Assembly: GCF_001194135.2 (NCBI RefSeq)
Contig: NC_068999.1
Coordinates: forward strand, 52,047,590 to 52,111,229
Direction: 5' to 3'
Origin: Octopus bimaculoides
Lineage: Eukaryota
DNA length: 63,640 bases
Position 1 is the stretch's first letter. Every line of letters starts with the position of its first letter. The notes under the pieces were generated by a model. The model worked only from the letters and a program-made list of their open reading frames with translations. It was not told the DNA's origin and did not search any database. The position numbers were made by a program, and so were the translations under genes. Below are positions 10,091 to 23,493 of the stretch, in pieces.

Positions 10091-10712
10091 GTGTTTTATA
10101 TAAAGATTACTTGTACAAATAGTAGCAAAACCACAGACATATATGGTATGTATTTAAATATATGTGTATGGTATGCTGGCTGTTAACTTTTCAAAAGTTT
10201 TGTAAGACCACAATTATTGAATTAATTCTTTAATCAAGATCCAAGACTAAATTACCAGAGATTAACAAGGAGGCTCAAAAAATTGAAAATGTCTATATTT
10301 AAAACAAAGCTAATAAAAGCCAGATGATGGAGTATTTAATGAGGTACTTTATTAATATAAACAGAAATAAAAACTTACAAGCATTGATTTCACTTTATTT
10401 AACCAGTAAATGTTTACGGGCAACAGTAAGTATATTGTTAAAATCATTAACTTGCTAAGAAAAGATACTTTAAGCAGTGTAATATTTTTCTGTAAATGTA
10501 TGGCAAATACAAGTTGATAATGTTGATTTCGATGAATGCTGTCTTATAATATTTCATTGGATAGATATAACTTTGGTTCTGCACGATTACAACTGTAATG
10601 ACCTAAGTAATTTTACTGAAAAAGATTCTAAATAAATTTGCTCAGTTACATTCTCCACATAATACAATGTAGTATTCCATAAGAGGAAAATCATTGACAG
10701 TGCAATATCATC

Positions 10713-11928
10713 TTACGTTGTAGGAATTGTTACTTTACCAATGAAATGGATCATTTTAGTTCGGTTATCAACAATNNNNNNNNNNNNNNNNNNNNNNNNN
10801 NNNNNNNNNNNNNNNNNNNNNNNNNNNNNNNNNNNNNNNNNNNNNNNNNNNNNNNNNNNNNNNNNNNNNNNNNNNNNNNNNNNNNNNNNNNNNNNNNNNN
10901 NNNNNNNNNNNNNNNNNNNNNNNNNNNNNNNNNNNNNNNNNNNNNNNNNNNNNNNNNNNNNNNNNNNNNNNNNNNNNNNNNNNNNNNNNNNNNNNNNNNN
11001 NNNNNNNNNNNNNNNNNNNNNNNNNNNNNNNNNNNNNNNNNNNNNNNNNNNNNNNNNNNNNNNNNNNNNNNNNNNNNNNNNNNNNNNNNNNNNNNNNNNN
11101 NNNNNNNNNNNNNNNNNNNNNNNNNNNNNNNNNNNNNNNNNNNNNNNNNNNNNNNATACTAAAAGCTTTTCCTATATAAGGCAACTCGACAACTTTATAG
11201 TTGTCACTTATTTTTGTATTAAAATCTTCAGATATATACATAAAATCATGAGATATAGTCTTCCCAGAACTTAAATAAAACTTTCTAGATGATGTTGCTT
11301 GTTCTGGGAATTTTTCAGCCCACATTCCTTTAAAGTACACAGCATTAATAAGAACTAGAACCGACTGAGGTGTCAAACTTCCACTTGGTAACAGATCAGT
11401 AATTTTGTTATTTGTGTTATTCTTAACCCAATCATTAATAGTTATTCTTGTTTTTTCAGCATTTGTTATAAAGTCTACATTTTCAACATCTGAAAAGAAA
11501 TATTTTACCATGTTGTTCTTGTAGTCTTCTGAAATAGGGAATTTTTCATTAGCATACAAACGATTTACTGAATAGAATGTGATAAGTTTATCTGACGTTT
11601 TCAAAAGTGAAAAATATTCTTTGAAAGCCAAAGCTACAGAATCTGGATTAGAAGTTATCTTCAAAACATTTTCAAACTGTTTGGCAGAGTTTTGTCTTGC
11701 TCCCAAATAAACCATCGATAAAACAGTAGCAACACTGAATAGTGACATGAAGACATTTTCGTTGGTTCCTGTAGCCACAGCTTGATAAAGACTGTTTGTA
11801 AAATAATCAACTGAAGCAGCAAGATTACTGATATCTTGAGCCTTTGCAGAGTCTATCTTGGATACAGTAATCTCTGGAGAACATAGAATGAGAAGTAAAA
11901 AAAGTGCAAAATAATTTCCTGCATACAT
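10713..11928 (-). CDS. Serpin copy 3, inverted, interrupted by a 380-N gap covering the reactive loop; possible N-terminal signal peptide
   Basis: 11928-11156 translates MYAGNYFALFLLLILCSPEITVSKIDSAKAQD...LPYIGKAFS. 10775-10713 translates IVDNRTKMIHFIGKVTIPTT*. The missing segment in copy 1 is 391 nt versus 380 N. Start codon uncertain. Confidence 0.85.
10776..11155. other. Assembly gap; others at 16750-17310, 26451-26478, 40590-41167, 47453-47462, 56078-56569
   Basis: Runs of N. Confidence 1.
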
Positions 11929-12448
11929 TTTCTGTTTAACATTTCAAAATGTATAATAGACATTAATGGAATAGAAGACATCAATGAAAGCAAGACCTGA
12001 AACCTCCTATGTTCAAACTCTGAATTTAACTTTTGCACGGACATCTTTCACATGCAATATGCTCTCCATATGTTTGAAACAGTTTTTGAAATATTTGAGT
12101 ATTTGACAGGATTAAATATATAACTAATTTTATTATTATTATTATTATTATTATTATCTGGTGTCTGGAACATTCATATATGAAATGACGGAAGGTTTTC
12201 ATTTAAATGCAAACACTTGAAAATGAGAGTTTTTATATGATGAAATGAGGTCTGGTCTTAGGTAAATCAAAACTGTTGATTAAACTGTAAATAATGAAAA
12301 CAAATGAACTATTTTGTAGAATTTTTATCTGTGAATGGTACGTTTCTGTTCGCACGCATGTGTGTGTGTGCCATTCTTGTGTTTGTATCCTGTGACTTTC
12401 CAGTTCAACTGATCATTTGTCTGAATGTTGCCATCTTATTATTTTGAG

Positions 12449-13279
12449 TTGCTATAAAAGTAGATAGTAATTTTACCTTGTACTTATTCTTAGTGCAAGT
12501 TTTGAAGAGTGCAGTTAGATTTTAACAGTTATTTTTTTAAAGCTACAATGCAAGTGACAAAGGAGCATATTCGACGTATTTTGCTTTGAGTTCAATAAAG
12601 GCAACAACACAACAGAAAGTGCAAGGAATATCAATGCAGTGTATGGGGATCGGACAATAAGCATAAGCCAGTGTCAACAGTGTTTCCTGGAAATTCCGAG
12701 CTGGAAACTACAGCCTAGAAGATGAGCCTCATCCTGGAAGATCTGTAGAGCTTGACAAGGACATCCTGCAGACCATGGTGGAACAAAATCCCATCATAAC
12801 TGGCAGAGAAGCTTTGATTTGGTCATTCAACCATTCGTTGACACCTGCATGCCATTGGAGAATGACCATCTTTGGTTTCAAGATGAAAAGTCTTCTTCCA
12901 TCAGGATAATGCTCGGCCACATACAGCAAGGATGACATTCCAAAGGCTGGAGCAGTTTGAATGGGAAACGATGCCCCACCAACCATATTTGCTAGACATT
13001 GCTCCATCTGAATATCCTTTATTGCGCAGTCTTCAAAATTATTTTTGGATGGAAAAAACATGAATTCTGTAGATGAGGTCAGAACAGTAGTGGAGGAGTA
13101 TTTTTTGTCACAGACAAGGAATTTTGGAAGAAGGGCCTTGCAAGTCTACCAGGTAGATGGAAGAGCATTGTAGAAAATGAAGGAGAGTATATTTTAAATT
13201 AAAAAAGAACTTTGTTTATCTTAATTTTGTAAAATAAAAGAAGTATAAAAAAAAACGCATTATTTATGGGATGACCCAA
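12449..13279 (+). mobile_element. Mariner element, internally deleted, left TIR missing
   Basis: ATG at 12548 opens MQVTKEHIRRIL (HTH). Later HQDNARPHTAR, a DIAPSE motif (degenerate YSPDLAPSD) and RWKSIVENEGEYI. Right TIR aacgcattatttatgggatgacccaa. Confidence 0.85.
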
Positions 13280-15569
13280 CACACACACACACACATGTAG
13301 ATACATATTTACACACAATGCCATATGTGTACATTTTCAAGTGTTTCTTTATATTTAAGGTGACACCTGAAATTTACAGGAAGCAGCATTTCACAAGAAA
13401 TATAAAGGCAATATACTCTTTCTTGCGAGACATTGGAATTTTTGGCTGTCAGATGAGAAATCTGATAGCCCCAACTGACACACCCTAAGAAAGAGCAGAT
13501 GAAGGTGAAAGTTGAATGGTTATGGAGTGAATGGCAGGAAAGAAATTACAGTACAAAATTTAAGTATCAAATTGTGTTTTTGTTTATCTTCAGTAAAAGA
13601 AAAAGAAATATAAAAAGAAGGAAGTGTATATACCTGAGGCTGTTTGTTGTGACACAAGGTAAGACAATCAAGATTATAAAACAACTGATTACTTCTGCCA
13701 TGTCTGGATCGCTGTTAAATTGTTAGAATGATAACCATGTGAATGAAAGATAATTTAGTCTTGGTAGTGCTAAGTATATGAAATAAAACTAAGAATAACA
13801 ACCAAAATTATACCAAAACAGCTGTTTGTTGCTGCTATCTATTTCTGGGAAAAAAAAATCCTTTTAGAACTTAACTAAGAGAGCAACTTTTAAAACCAAA
13901 ATGACCAAATGGAAAAACTGCTTCGAAATAAAAATAGGAGAGGCAGTGGCTGTTACTGCTGCTGCTGGTGATACTGATGATGATGATGATGAATGCAACG
14001 ATGACAATGACAAACAGACATGATGACAACAATGGTGACAAAAAGAAATGAAATACCAAGACTAATTAATTGCAAGAAACATTTTATTGTAATAATTATT
14101 TATCGTCTTTTAGTTGTCTACACAACAACTAAAGTATTTTAGTTGAAAGAAAACATAAGTCTGTATTTTTATATATCCATTTATTTACTTATCTATTTCT
14201 TTATTTTATTGTTTCAATTGACTGCATCTGGTATTTTCATTAAAATTGACAATAAAATGACTGCTTACAACATCTGTTCAGGTACTTGCCATTTTGGGAA
14301 GGTAAGTTCAGCCTTTTAGCCAATAAAAGGTGGAAATCATCATCATCTTCATCATCTTTTAATGTCTATGTTCCCTGTTCACATAGGTTGGATGGATTGA
14401 AAAGGATCGAATGAGTCAAGGACTGCATTGTACTCCAGTGTCTGCTAACAAAATGATTATTTACTTGGAGAATCCGGGTAACATACAAATGTCAATTAGT
14501 GACAATGATTGGCTTAAAATTGAACTCCCATATAACAAACAAACAAAAAAATACATGATCTTAGGATGCATTTAGCAAGTTTTGCTCCAGGACACAAATT
14601 TAGATTAAATTATTTAGTAAGTCTTTATTTACTGCATCTTGCTTGTGTTATTCTCTCCAGAATACAGCATATTATCAGAAGATATATTACTAGCAGAAAA
14701 TATTTCTCAAAAACATCTTTTACATGTAGGACCATTATCATATAGTTCATGGCACCAACTGATAAATAATACACCTCTGGAAGATTTTCATTGGTGGCTC
14801 CGAAATCATGTGACTTTGTCCTTTTCCTACTTAATTACAAGTCAAAGGCATTTAAGATGTGACAATCTTATTCATTTCTTTCAAACATAGTCTATCTGGG
14901 ACACCATTGTTTGGTATATATACTTCGTTTCTTTATGATGGCCTGGGGAAATTTGAATGAGATTCACTTCTTAGATTAAAATTTATCAATCCTGAATTTG
15001 TTATTTTCTAAGTAGCTTTGGACAGCCAAATTGGATTCAAACAAAATATCTAATTCAAAGAGATAAGTTTTGAGTTTAATACTTTACACAACCTTCATAT
15101 TTATTATCAAGAAAGATTAATCTTATGGAATCAAGTTACTTGTAAAAACTATGACTCTAGAATATCTTGGAATGTCATTTGTTTACAGTGGACAAGACAA
15201 AGCGTCAGTCATTTCCCAGAGGTCCTTTGTTATTTAACATAATACAGAATTTAAAACTGGTCAATGAATTTGATTCCTTTGACATAAATTAATGCTTCTT
15301 AAGAATAAAGAAGCATAACGGCTGTCAGATTAATGCCTCCTTTTTTATGGCTGTAATTGTGATTTATCACTGAATATGCCTCCATTCGCACTTGTTTGTG
15401 ACACATATATTAATCTAAAATAAATTATGTCACAATTAAATAACAAGCTGTTAAAAGAAGAAAAATGCTCCAACAAATCAACAATCTACCACCTACTGGG
15501 AAGAAAGAATGTAAAACAATATATATTTGTTTGGTCGTTTACACACACGCACACATATTATATATATGC

Positions 15570-15616
<47 letters not shown>

Positions 15617-15828
15617 TGAGGAGGGTATTGGATTTAACCAAACCCCGGAGGATACAGGTAATACCGAGTAAGTGCTGTATACCTCTATCCATAAAATTCT
15701 TCAACCTTACCTTTGCTCTCTTTATCCTTGTTTTTATATATTTACATATATATATGTATATATATACATACATACACACACACATATATGTGTATGTATT
15801 TATGTATGTATGTGCATATATCTATCTA

Positions 15829-15870
<42 letters not shown>

Positions 15871-15872
15871 CA

Positions 15873-16020
15873 TGTGGTAAGAAGCTTGCTTCCCTGCTAC
15901 ATGGTTCCAGGTTCAGTCCCACTGTGTGGCACCTTGGGTAAGTGTCTTCTACTATAACCTTAGGCAGACCAAAGCTTTGTGAGTGGATTTGGTAGATGGA
16001 AACTGAAAGAAGCCTGTCAT
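15873..16020 (+). mobile_element. SINE family A head; other heads at 23938-24075(-), 24854-25015(+), 27413-27575(+), 34665-34800(+), 44770-44930(+), 47352-47510(+)
   Basis: gtggtaagaagcttgcttcc..caccttggg..gtggatttggtagatggaaactgaaagaagc. Confidence 0.8.
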
Positions 16021-16368
16021 ATATCATCATCAGGCAGTACTGGCAACGGCCACGCTCAAATGGTAAACAGTCAACAATACGTAAACAGAGGCATACAAAC
16101 TGCCTTAGTTATACATCGCACCATGGGACACATTTGTGTCACACTCTATACAATTTTAGAGACTACTCCATAACGCTTATGGCATTACCACAGGTAATTT
16201 CAATGCGTGGATGAATCACCTGATAACTCCACGGGCGGTGCGTGCTCATGTCAAAATATACAAAATAAAAAATAAAATTAACATTTAATTTTTTATCCAT
16301 CTGTCCATCCATAGTTAAAAAAAAACTTCCTCCCTTTCTAATCCTTGCCATCGAGCTGATGTATAACT

Positions 16369-16610
16369 ACTTCCGGTTGATGTACGCAAGTCTGTGGAAT
16401 TTGTTCTGTTTGGAGGTTGTTTTGTTGGCGCTAAAATCAAACATGGTTAATGTGAAAGAAAGCAAAAAATCTAAGAATACCACCCATGAAAAAGAAAATG
16501 CACCCAGTAGGTCGGTATAGAAATATATTCAGTGACATGCTTTGAGCATTCTTTCATATTTTTTTTATTAGATCTCCCAGAAAATTTAATCTGGTGTTGT
16601 CTTTTGGCGC
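16369..16610 (+). promoter_or_regulatory. Putative SKP2 proximal promoter and intron-1 elements: ETS core and E2F-like sites
   Basis: ACTTCCGGT at 16369-16377, TTGGCGC at 16425-16431, TTTGGCGC at 16603-16610; locally CpG-richer sequence. Confidence 0.45.
16443..16510 (+). CDS. SKP2: SKP2 exon 1 (MVNVKESKKSKNTTHEKENAPS)
   Basis: ATG follows promoter-like motifs. Donor ag|gtcggt in phase 2 matches the phase-2 start of exon 2. No homology support for this exon. Confidence 0.65.
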
Positions 16611-19600
16611 TTCACTATCTCCTGGTTTTATGTTATTTTTTGGTTATGAATTTTTGCTGTGTTTGTCATTTTCGGGCATAATTATACATACATTTGCAAG
16701 TGTATATGCACACATAGACGTGTGAGTGTGTATATATATATATATATATNNNNNNNNNNNNNNNNNNNNNNNNNNNNNNNNNNNNNNNNNNNNNNNNNNN
16801 NNNNNNNNNNNNNNNNNNNNNNNNNNNNNNNNNNNNNNNNNNNNNNNNNNNNNNNNNNNNNNNNNNNNNNNNNNNNNNNNNNNNNNNNNNNNNNNNNNNN
16901 NNNNNNNNNNNNNNNNNNNNNNNNNNNNNNNNNNNNNNNNNNNNNNNNNNNNNNNNNNNNNNNNNNNNNNNNNNNNNNNNNNNNNNNNNNNNNNNNNNNN
17001 NNNNNNNNNNNNNNNNNNNNNNNNNNNNNNNNNNNNNNNNNNNNNNNNNNNNNNNNNNNNNNNNNNNNNNNNNNNNNNNNNNNNNNNNNNNNNNNNNNNN
17101 NNNNNNNNNNNNNNNNNNNNNNNNNNNNNNNNNNNNNNNNNNNNNNNNNNNNNNNNNNNNNNNNNNNNNNNNNNNNNNNNNNNNNNNNNNNNNNNNNNNN
17201 NNNNNNNNNNNNNNNNNNNNNNNNNNNNNNNNNNNNNNNNNNNNNNNNNNNNNNNNNNNNNNNNNNNNNNNNNNNNNNNNNNNNNNNNNNNNNNNNNNNN
17301 NNNNNNNNNNTATATATATATATATATATACACACATGTGTGAGAGATATCTAAACTATGTATCAGCTGTAAGCTGCTATGCCCTTCCTTGTGCGTAATC
17401 AGGTTGAAAGAAAATGAAAACCATAAAACAAATGCAGCGGGAACAAATTCAGAGGAATTTATTAGTATTTTTTCGTTTCTTATTTTTCACAGTAAATAGC
17501 TAACATAAGACTTGATTGGATTTGTATGAATCAAGTTTCAAAATTAGTATAAATTTAAATATTCCTTGGATCTACCAAGCATTATAGAACGTTTCTTAAA
17601 ATGATTGCTTTTTCTTCCTGTTGACATTTACGATGGTGCCGAATCTTTATTTAAAAGAAAATGCCCAAATCTTTATGCTTAAAATCTAAACCCTTTTTCT
17701 TCATCTGTGCATCATCACATTCATTTATTTGCCTTTTTGTTGTTCAAACCTATAATCAACCTTGATTGAAGAGACCCATTGATTAAAGGCATTCTAAGTC
17801 GTGACTGCTGTCTTTTGAATAAGGATCTGTTCAGATAATTTGAACAGAAATTGGCTGCTATTTTGCTATTTCTTACATATCAAGTGACCACATAGTGATA
17901 CTAAGTGTTTTGTTGTCTTTGAAATACCAGATGTCATGAAGTGTCTGGACATCTGCCGTGGAGTATTATTGTTGTTGTTGTTGTTGTTGTTAAGTGAAGA
18001 CAACGAAATGTCTGTTCAAATCTCTTGTCACCATTTATCATCAGCTGTCCTGCTATTAGTTTCCACACTTTAACTTCTCAATCGATAATTGCAATTTAAA
18101 TGATAAAAAGAGACAAAATTCAGTAACTGGAATATCGATTCCCTCTTAACAACGAAGGTTTATTTAGCAGTTTTTTCCTTTTCTCATCAAAAGTCTTTTT
18201 GGATACAATTTCTTTGTATTAAATATATCAATGTTATTTGGAATAAAAAGGCGGTGAGCTGACAGTCATTAATTAGCAGGCCCTGCGAAATGCTTAGCAG
18301 TATTTCGTCTGCTGTTACGTTCTGAGTTCAAATTCCGCCGAGGTCGACTTTGTCTTTCATCCTTTCGGGGTCGATGAAATAAGAACCAGTTACGCACTGA
18401 GGTCGATGTAATCGACTAGCCCCTTTCTTCAAAAATTTTCAAGGCCTTGTGCCTAGAGTAGAAATAATATTATTTGGAATAAAAAGTTGTTTTTTTTAAT
18501 TTTTAAATACAGATATAATTTAGAAAAGATTTTGCCATTGAAATTTATATTTATACAGGGAAGAGAACACTTAATAAATCCATACCGGTAGTGATATATA
18601 TTTTCTAAAACCTCTTTCACTGAATTTAATGTAATTCAATACCGATTGTTCCCTTTGCTACCCTTATGGATTTTATTGACTTTATTAGGAATTTTTTAAT
18701 AAGTTTTTTAAATGGAAAATTTTAAAATATATAATCTACAAATATACATAAAAGAATGTACAAGCAACCTGATTGAATTAAAGTTTTTTATGTTCTCTTT
18801 ATTTTATTTGTCTATATGTAGAACAGATATAAAACCTCAGTTATGACAGTAATAGTTTTCTGTCAAAAAATTACCAGTTTTTACAAAAGTAGAACATAAA
18901 ACAGAAATTGGTGCTGGCTGACGAATCCAGTAATTTCATGGTTTGGTGTTGTTTGATGATGAGTCAAATAAATTTATACTTCAGTTGCCAGCTGGGATGA
19001 CGCCTGTTTTGTTATTTATGAAACCATTTTTACAGGTGAAAGTTTAGTTATAGTAAGTTTGTGATAGATTCCAAACAGAAATTAGCTTTTCCTTTACAAC
19101 AATCACACCATATCAAGACAAGGAGACAAACATACACACACTCACACACATTCATATTCAGGAATTTCTCTACATAAATTCGAATATCTTTGAATAAATA
19201 ACATCTGTACATCAATTTTTTAGATTCTTCCTTTTCTCATTCATTAAGTTTTTAAATACCTATACGTTTCAATGATAAACTAATGTACTTAATTTTCTCT
19301 GAACATTTGTATAAACCAAAGAACTAGGATGCTTGCATCCCTTAAGTGACTATAATCCCTTGACTGAATAAAATTATATATATATCATTTCCAAATTTAT
19401 GGTACAGTGATTGACATTGTGGAGGGGTTGCTGCTTTTAAATTGCTTGGTCTCAGAATATAAACTTGGCCGAGCCTTGTTGTGCACTCATCAATTTTTAT
19501 ACACATTTGAGAGGGAACGTAAATTTCCTTTTGATTTTATGCTTAACAGAAAGCGTAAAGCCAGTGGTTCACTACCAGGTCATCCTGCTTCAAAACAAAA

Positions 19601-22600
19601 AGAATCTTGGTTCATGGATTCGGAAAACTACATGTACAAAGAACTTGGTGTTGGCCCATTAACAGATAACAGTCAAGATAGTAATTCCAACGGTTGCCCA
19701 CTGAAAACATCTGTGGAAAAGACACCAGCAATCCTAATATCTGACAGTTGCCAGGTTCCTGATGTAAGTTGAATTCAGAATTTCTGTTTACCTTTTACTT
19801 TTTACATGTGAACAGTCCCTGAGAACAGAACAGAGATATGAGATTTCAACCTACATAGGTTTAAAAAAAAAAAAAGTAGTTGTAATCACATGGTTTCAGG
19901 TTCAGTTCCACTGCTTGGCAACTTGAGTAAATGTCTCCTTCTATAGCCCCAGATAGACTAATGCTTTAAGGGTTCACCCTGACACCTTATCACCACTGTT
20001 TGTATCTCCTTCCAGCTCCACCCCAGCCACTCCTACCCTCTCTTCTATAATGTGAGTAGCTGGGTAGCTCCCTTACAGTAAGAAACCTGTTTTGTTCTGG
20101 ACCCCTCTCTCACTTTAATCCTTCATCCCATAGCATAAAGCTTCTCTACTGCTCCTCCCCCACTCAATCAAAGGAGCATCTTAGTGTTGCAGGCTGGTGC
20201 TACCCAGTACCCACTATAAAGTACTTTGCATTAGAAAGGGTATCCAGCTGTTAGAAACCATGCCAAAACTGACATTGAAGTGCAATGCAGTCTTAGGAAC
20301 TGCTGGATTCTGTCAAACCATCTGACCCCCCCCTCCCTGCTAACATGGAATATGAATGTGAAATGATAATGGTGATCTGCATTTGCAGATTTATCAAACA
20401 AATGCTAACACAAAACAGTAAAATGAATTGATTAGTAAAAACAAAACAAAACTGTTTTGATTTTGTGCTTGAATTAAGATTATAGGAATCAGTGATTGTT
20501 AAATTGTTTCAGGCACCTTGCGTGATGGCCACCAGTCATCTTGTAAATAACTCTGACAGCAGTAGCCCCCAGAACCCTCGTATTTTAAAGAGCTTGCCTC
20601 AGAGAGATGATGATTTCATTCGAAGGCGGAAGAAAGTTCTTTGTCGATCTGGTTCAAGTAAGTTACTATTTTTTTTCTTTCTATTATTTTAAAATCTATT
20701 TGCACATAAAGTTGTTCGTTATCTTTATTTATCACAGTTTAAAAAAAAAAAAGTAGAAAGTGGATTCTTCTTGTCCACATTACTGATGTCATTTAACTAT
20801 CAATGGCTCAATTCATTTCCTTGTAAACAGAATAAACAATAAGAATGAAGGGCTTCCGTTGGTCAAGTCTGACCATGCATCTGCCCAAGTATGAACAGGC
20901 CTGAACAAGGTTTTTTCTCAATGAAAACTGACAGGTGCCCATGCATGCAAGTTTATCCTTTCTACTCCAAGTGAAAGGCTGCTAGTTTAGGGAATTACAA
21001 CTTGGTGCTAATATCATTACACATATTCTATCAGAACATACAGACTGGAGCAGCCTTGTTACATTCTGTGTCATATTGATTCTCCCTAAGAACTACATTA
21101 AGTTTACATATCTCTGTGGAGTTATATGTTACTGGCCTTTAATCTGTCACCAGCATGGGTGCCTTTTACGTGTCCCCAGCACTGGCCACAACTACAATTT
21201 CACTAAACTTGACATGTCTTCTCAAGCACAGCAAATCACCAACAGTCTCAGTCACTTGTCATCACCTCCGTGAGACTCAACATCCAAAAATCATAGTTCA
21301 CCACCTTATCCCACGTCCTCCTGGGCCTACATCTTCCATACATTCCCTCCACAGTTACAAAATATTCTATGTACAACATTAAGCTCTTTCATAATTATGA
21401 ACTAAAATGATTACTAGATAGAAATCTTATATATATGAGATTCTTTTTTTTTTAACCATTTGTGAATTCATAGGCTTGCCAATTCTTCATTGCAGGTTTG
21501 GCTGAGATGCTTCCTGACTTGGTTCTGCTGAATATCTTCAAATATTTACCCAAAGTTGTACTTACCAAGTGTGCGCAAGTGTGTAAAAAATGGCAAAGAA
21601 TCATGTAAGTAGCTAATGAAACACTTCAACCCTTTGTCCAATATCTTTTCCTAAATATATTGAAGAATTCTTCCCAATATTAGAAATCTAAATAAACCCC
21701 ATGTCCAGTGATTGCAGGAATCATTCTAGACATTTACACTAGACTCACTCTATTATATCTTTTATCTATAACTTGTTTCACTCATTGAGCTGTGGCCATG
21801 CTGCAATCCCAGTACTTAATTTTTTAAGCCTGTTACTTATTCAATTGGTCTCTTTTGCCAAACTGCTAAATTACAGTGGATGTAAACAAACCAACATCAG
21901 TTGTCAAGTAGTAGTGGAGGACACAAATGCACATACATGACACGTCTCTTTCAGTTTCTGTCTACCAAATTCACTCACAAGGCCATGGTTGGTCCAGGGC
22001 TAAAGTAAAAGATATTTGTCCGAGGTGCCACTCAGTGGGACTAACCCCAAGACCATATGGTTGGGAGGCAAGCCTCTTACTGACACAGCCATGCATGTAC
22101 CTAGCTGTGCTGGCAGAATCATTTAGAGTCTTGGATAGATTTCCTTGTGGTATCTGTTCTGTTCAAATTCCTCCACAGTCAACTTTGACTTTCATCCTTT
22201 TAAGGTCATTTACAGTAAAACCCCAATCTAGGTCTATGGATTGGCAGAATTGTTAGTGTACCAGATAGGGATTCTTTTAGTATCAATTTTGACTCTTTTT
22301 CCCTTTTTTATTCTGATGGCAATACCTGTGACGATACTGTGGGACCAAGTTATATTGACCTTGACTTTCCTTTGGACATCATTGAAGATGGTGGGGGGTT
22401 GCATGCATGAGCAACTGGTGGTTTCATGCACACTCGCGCACACATGCATGCACTGTTCAAGCCTGAAACTTTGAGAAAAAATTTTCAAGTGCTGAAATCT
22501 ATGGTTCAACCCTGACTATGGACAGGTGGGGGCTAATTCTACCAAAAACTTGTGAGTCCGAGAACAACATCTGTAGATATTTTATTGTGCAGGGATTGTT

Positions 22601-22886
22601 ATAACATTCTATGGAAGTGTTATCTGAAATAAAATTCCCCTTTTCTTTTTTATTTAATCGTTTAAGAATGTAAAAGAATTTGTTACTACTTTACCTTCTG
22701 CATAATGTCATTTGTAGGGAATCTGAATGTCTTTGGAAGCGCCTAGATCTTGGCAACAAAACATTAACCGAAGGAGTTCTTGGTCAGATTCTCAACAGAG
22801 GTGTTGTTGTACTCCGACTAACAAGAGCTGAGGTAAGCCTGATTATTTAATGTTACTGGCTTTCTTCGTTTGGAATTTTGTATGTA

Positions 22887-22923
<37 letters not shown>

Positions 22924-23447
22924 TTGAATATATGTTGAACCAATTAATTCAGTTGTAAATGAATCACTTGTTCCCCAACATTCTGTGGAATGTCTAGCCA
23001 TGGAAATATATTATCTTGCTCGGAAATGGATAAGGGTTGACAAAAGGAAGGGCATCCAGCTGTGGAAAATTTGCCTCATCTCCATCAGACCCGTGCAAAC
23101 ATGAAAAGGTGACCATAAAAATTAGTGTGAGTGATACCAAATGATAGGATGTGTTTCATAAATTAATGAATCTTTTGATTGTTTTTTTTATATTTTCAGA
23201 TCTCTTCTCCAATCTACACTGGTCCAACCAGTGTCTTCAGTTCTACAAAGTAAGTAATTTATTCTTTTACTTGTTTCAGTCATTTAACTGTGGCCATGCT
23301 GGAGCACTGCCTTAAAGGGTTTTAGTCGAAGAAATTGACCCCAAGACATATTCTTTGTGAGCCTAGTACTCGTTCTATTAGTCTCTTTTGCAAAACCACT
23401 AAGTTACGGGGACATAAACACACCAGCACTGGTTGTCAAGGAATGGC

Positions 23448-23493
<46 letters not shown>

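Noticed and set aside
15427-15957. YIYI/HTHT-rich ORFs (also 24875-25402 and others)
   Set aside because: Translations of microsatellites and SINEs.
16644-17354. Long ORFs containing X runs (also 40458-41325, 55947-56681, 10741-11274)
   Set aside because: Artefacts of N gaps.
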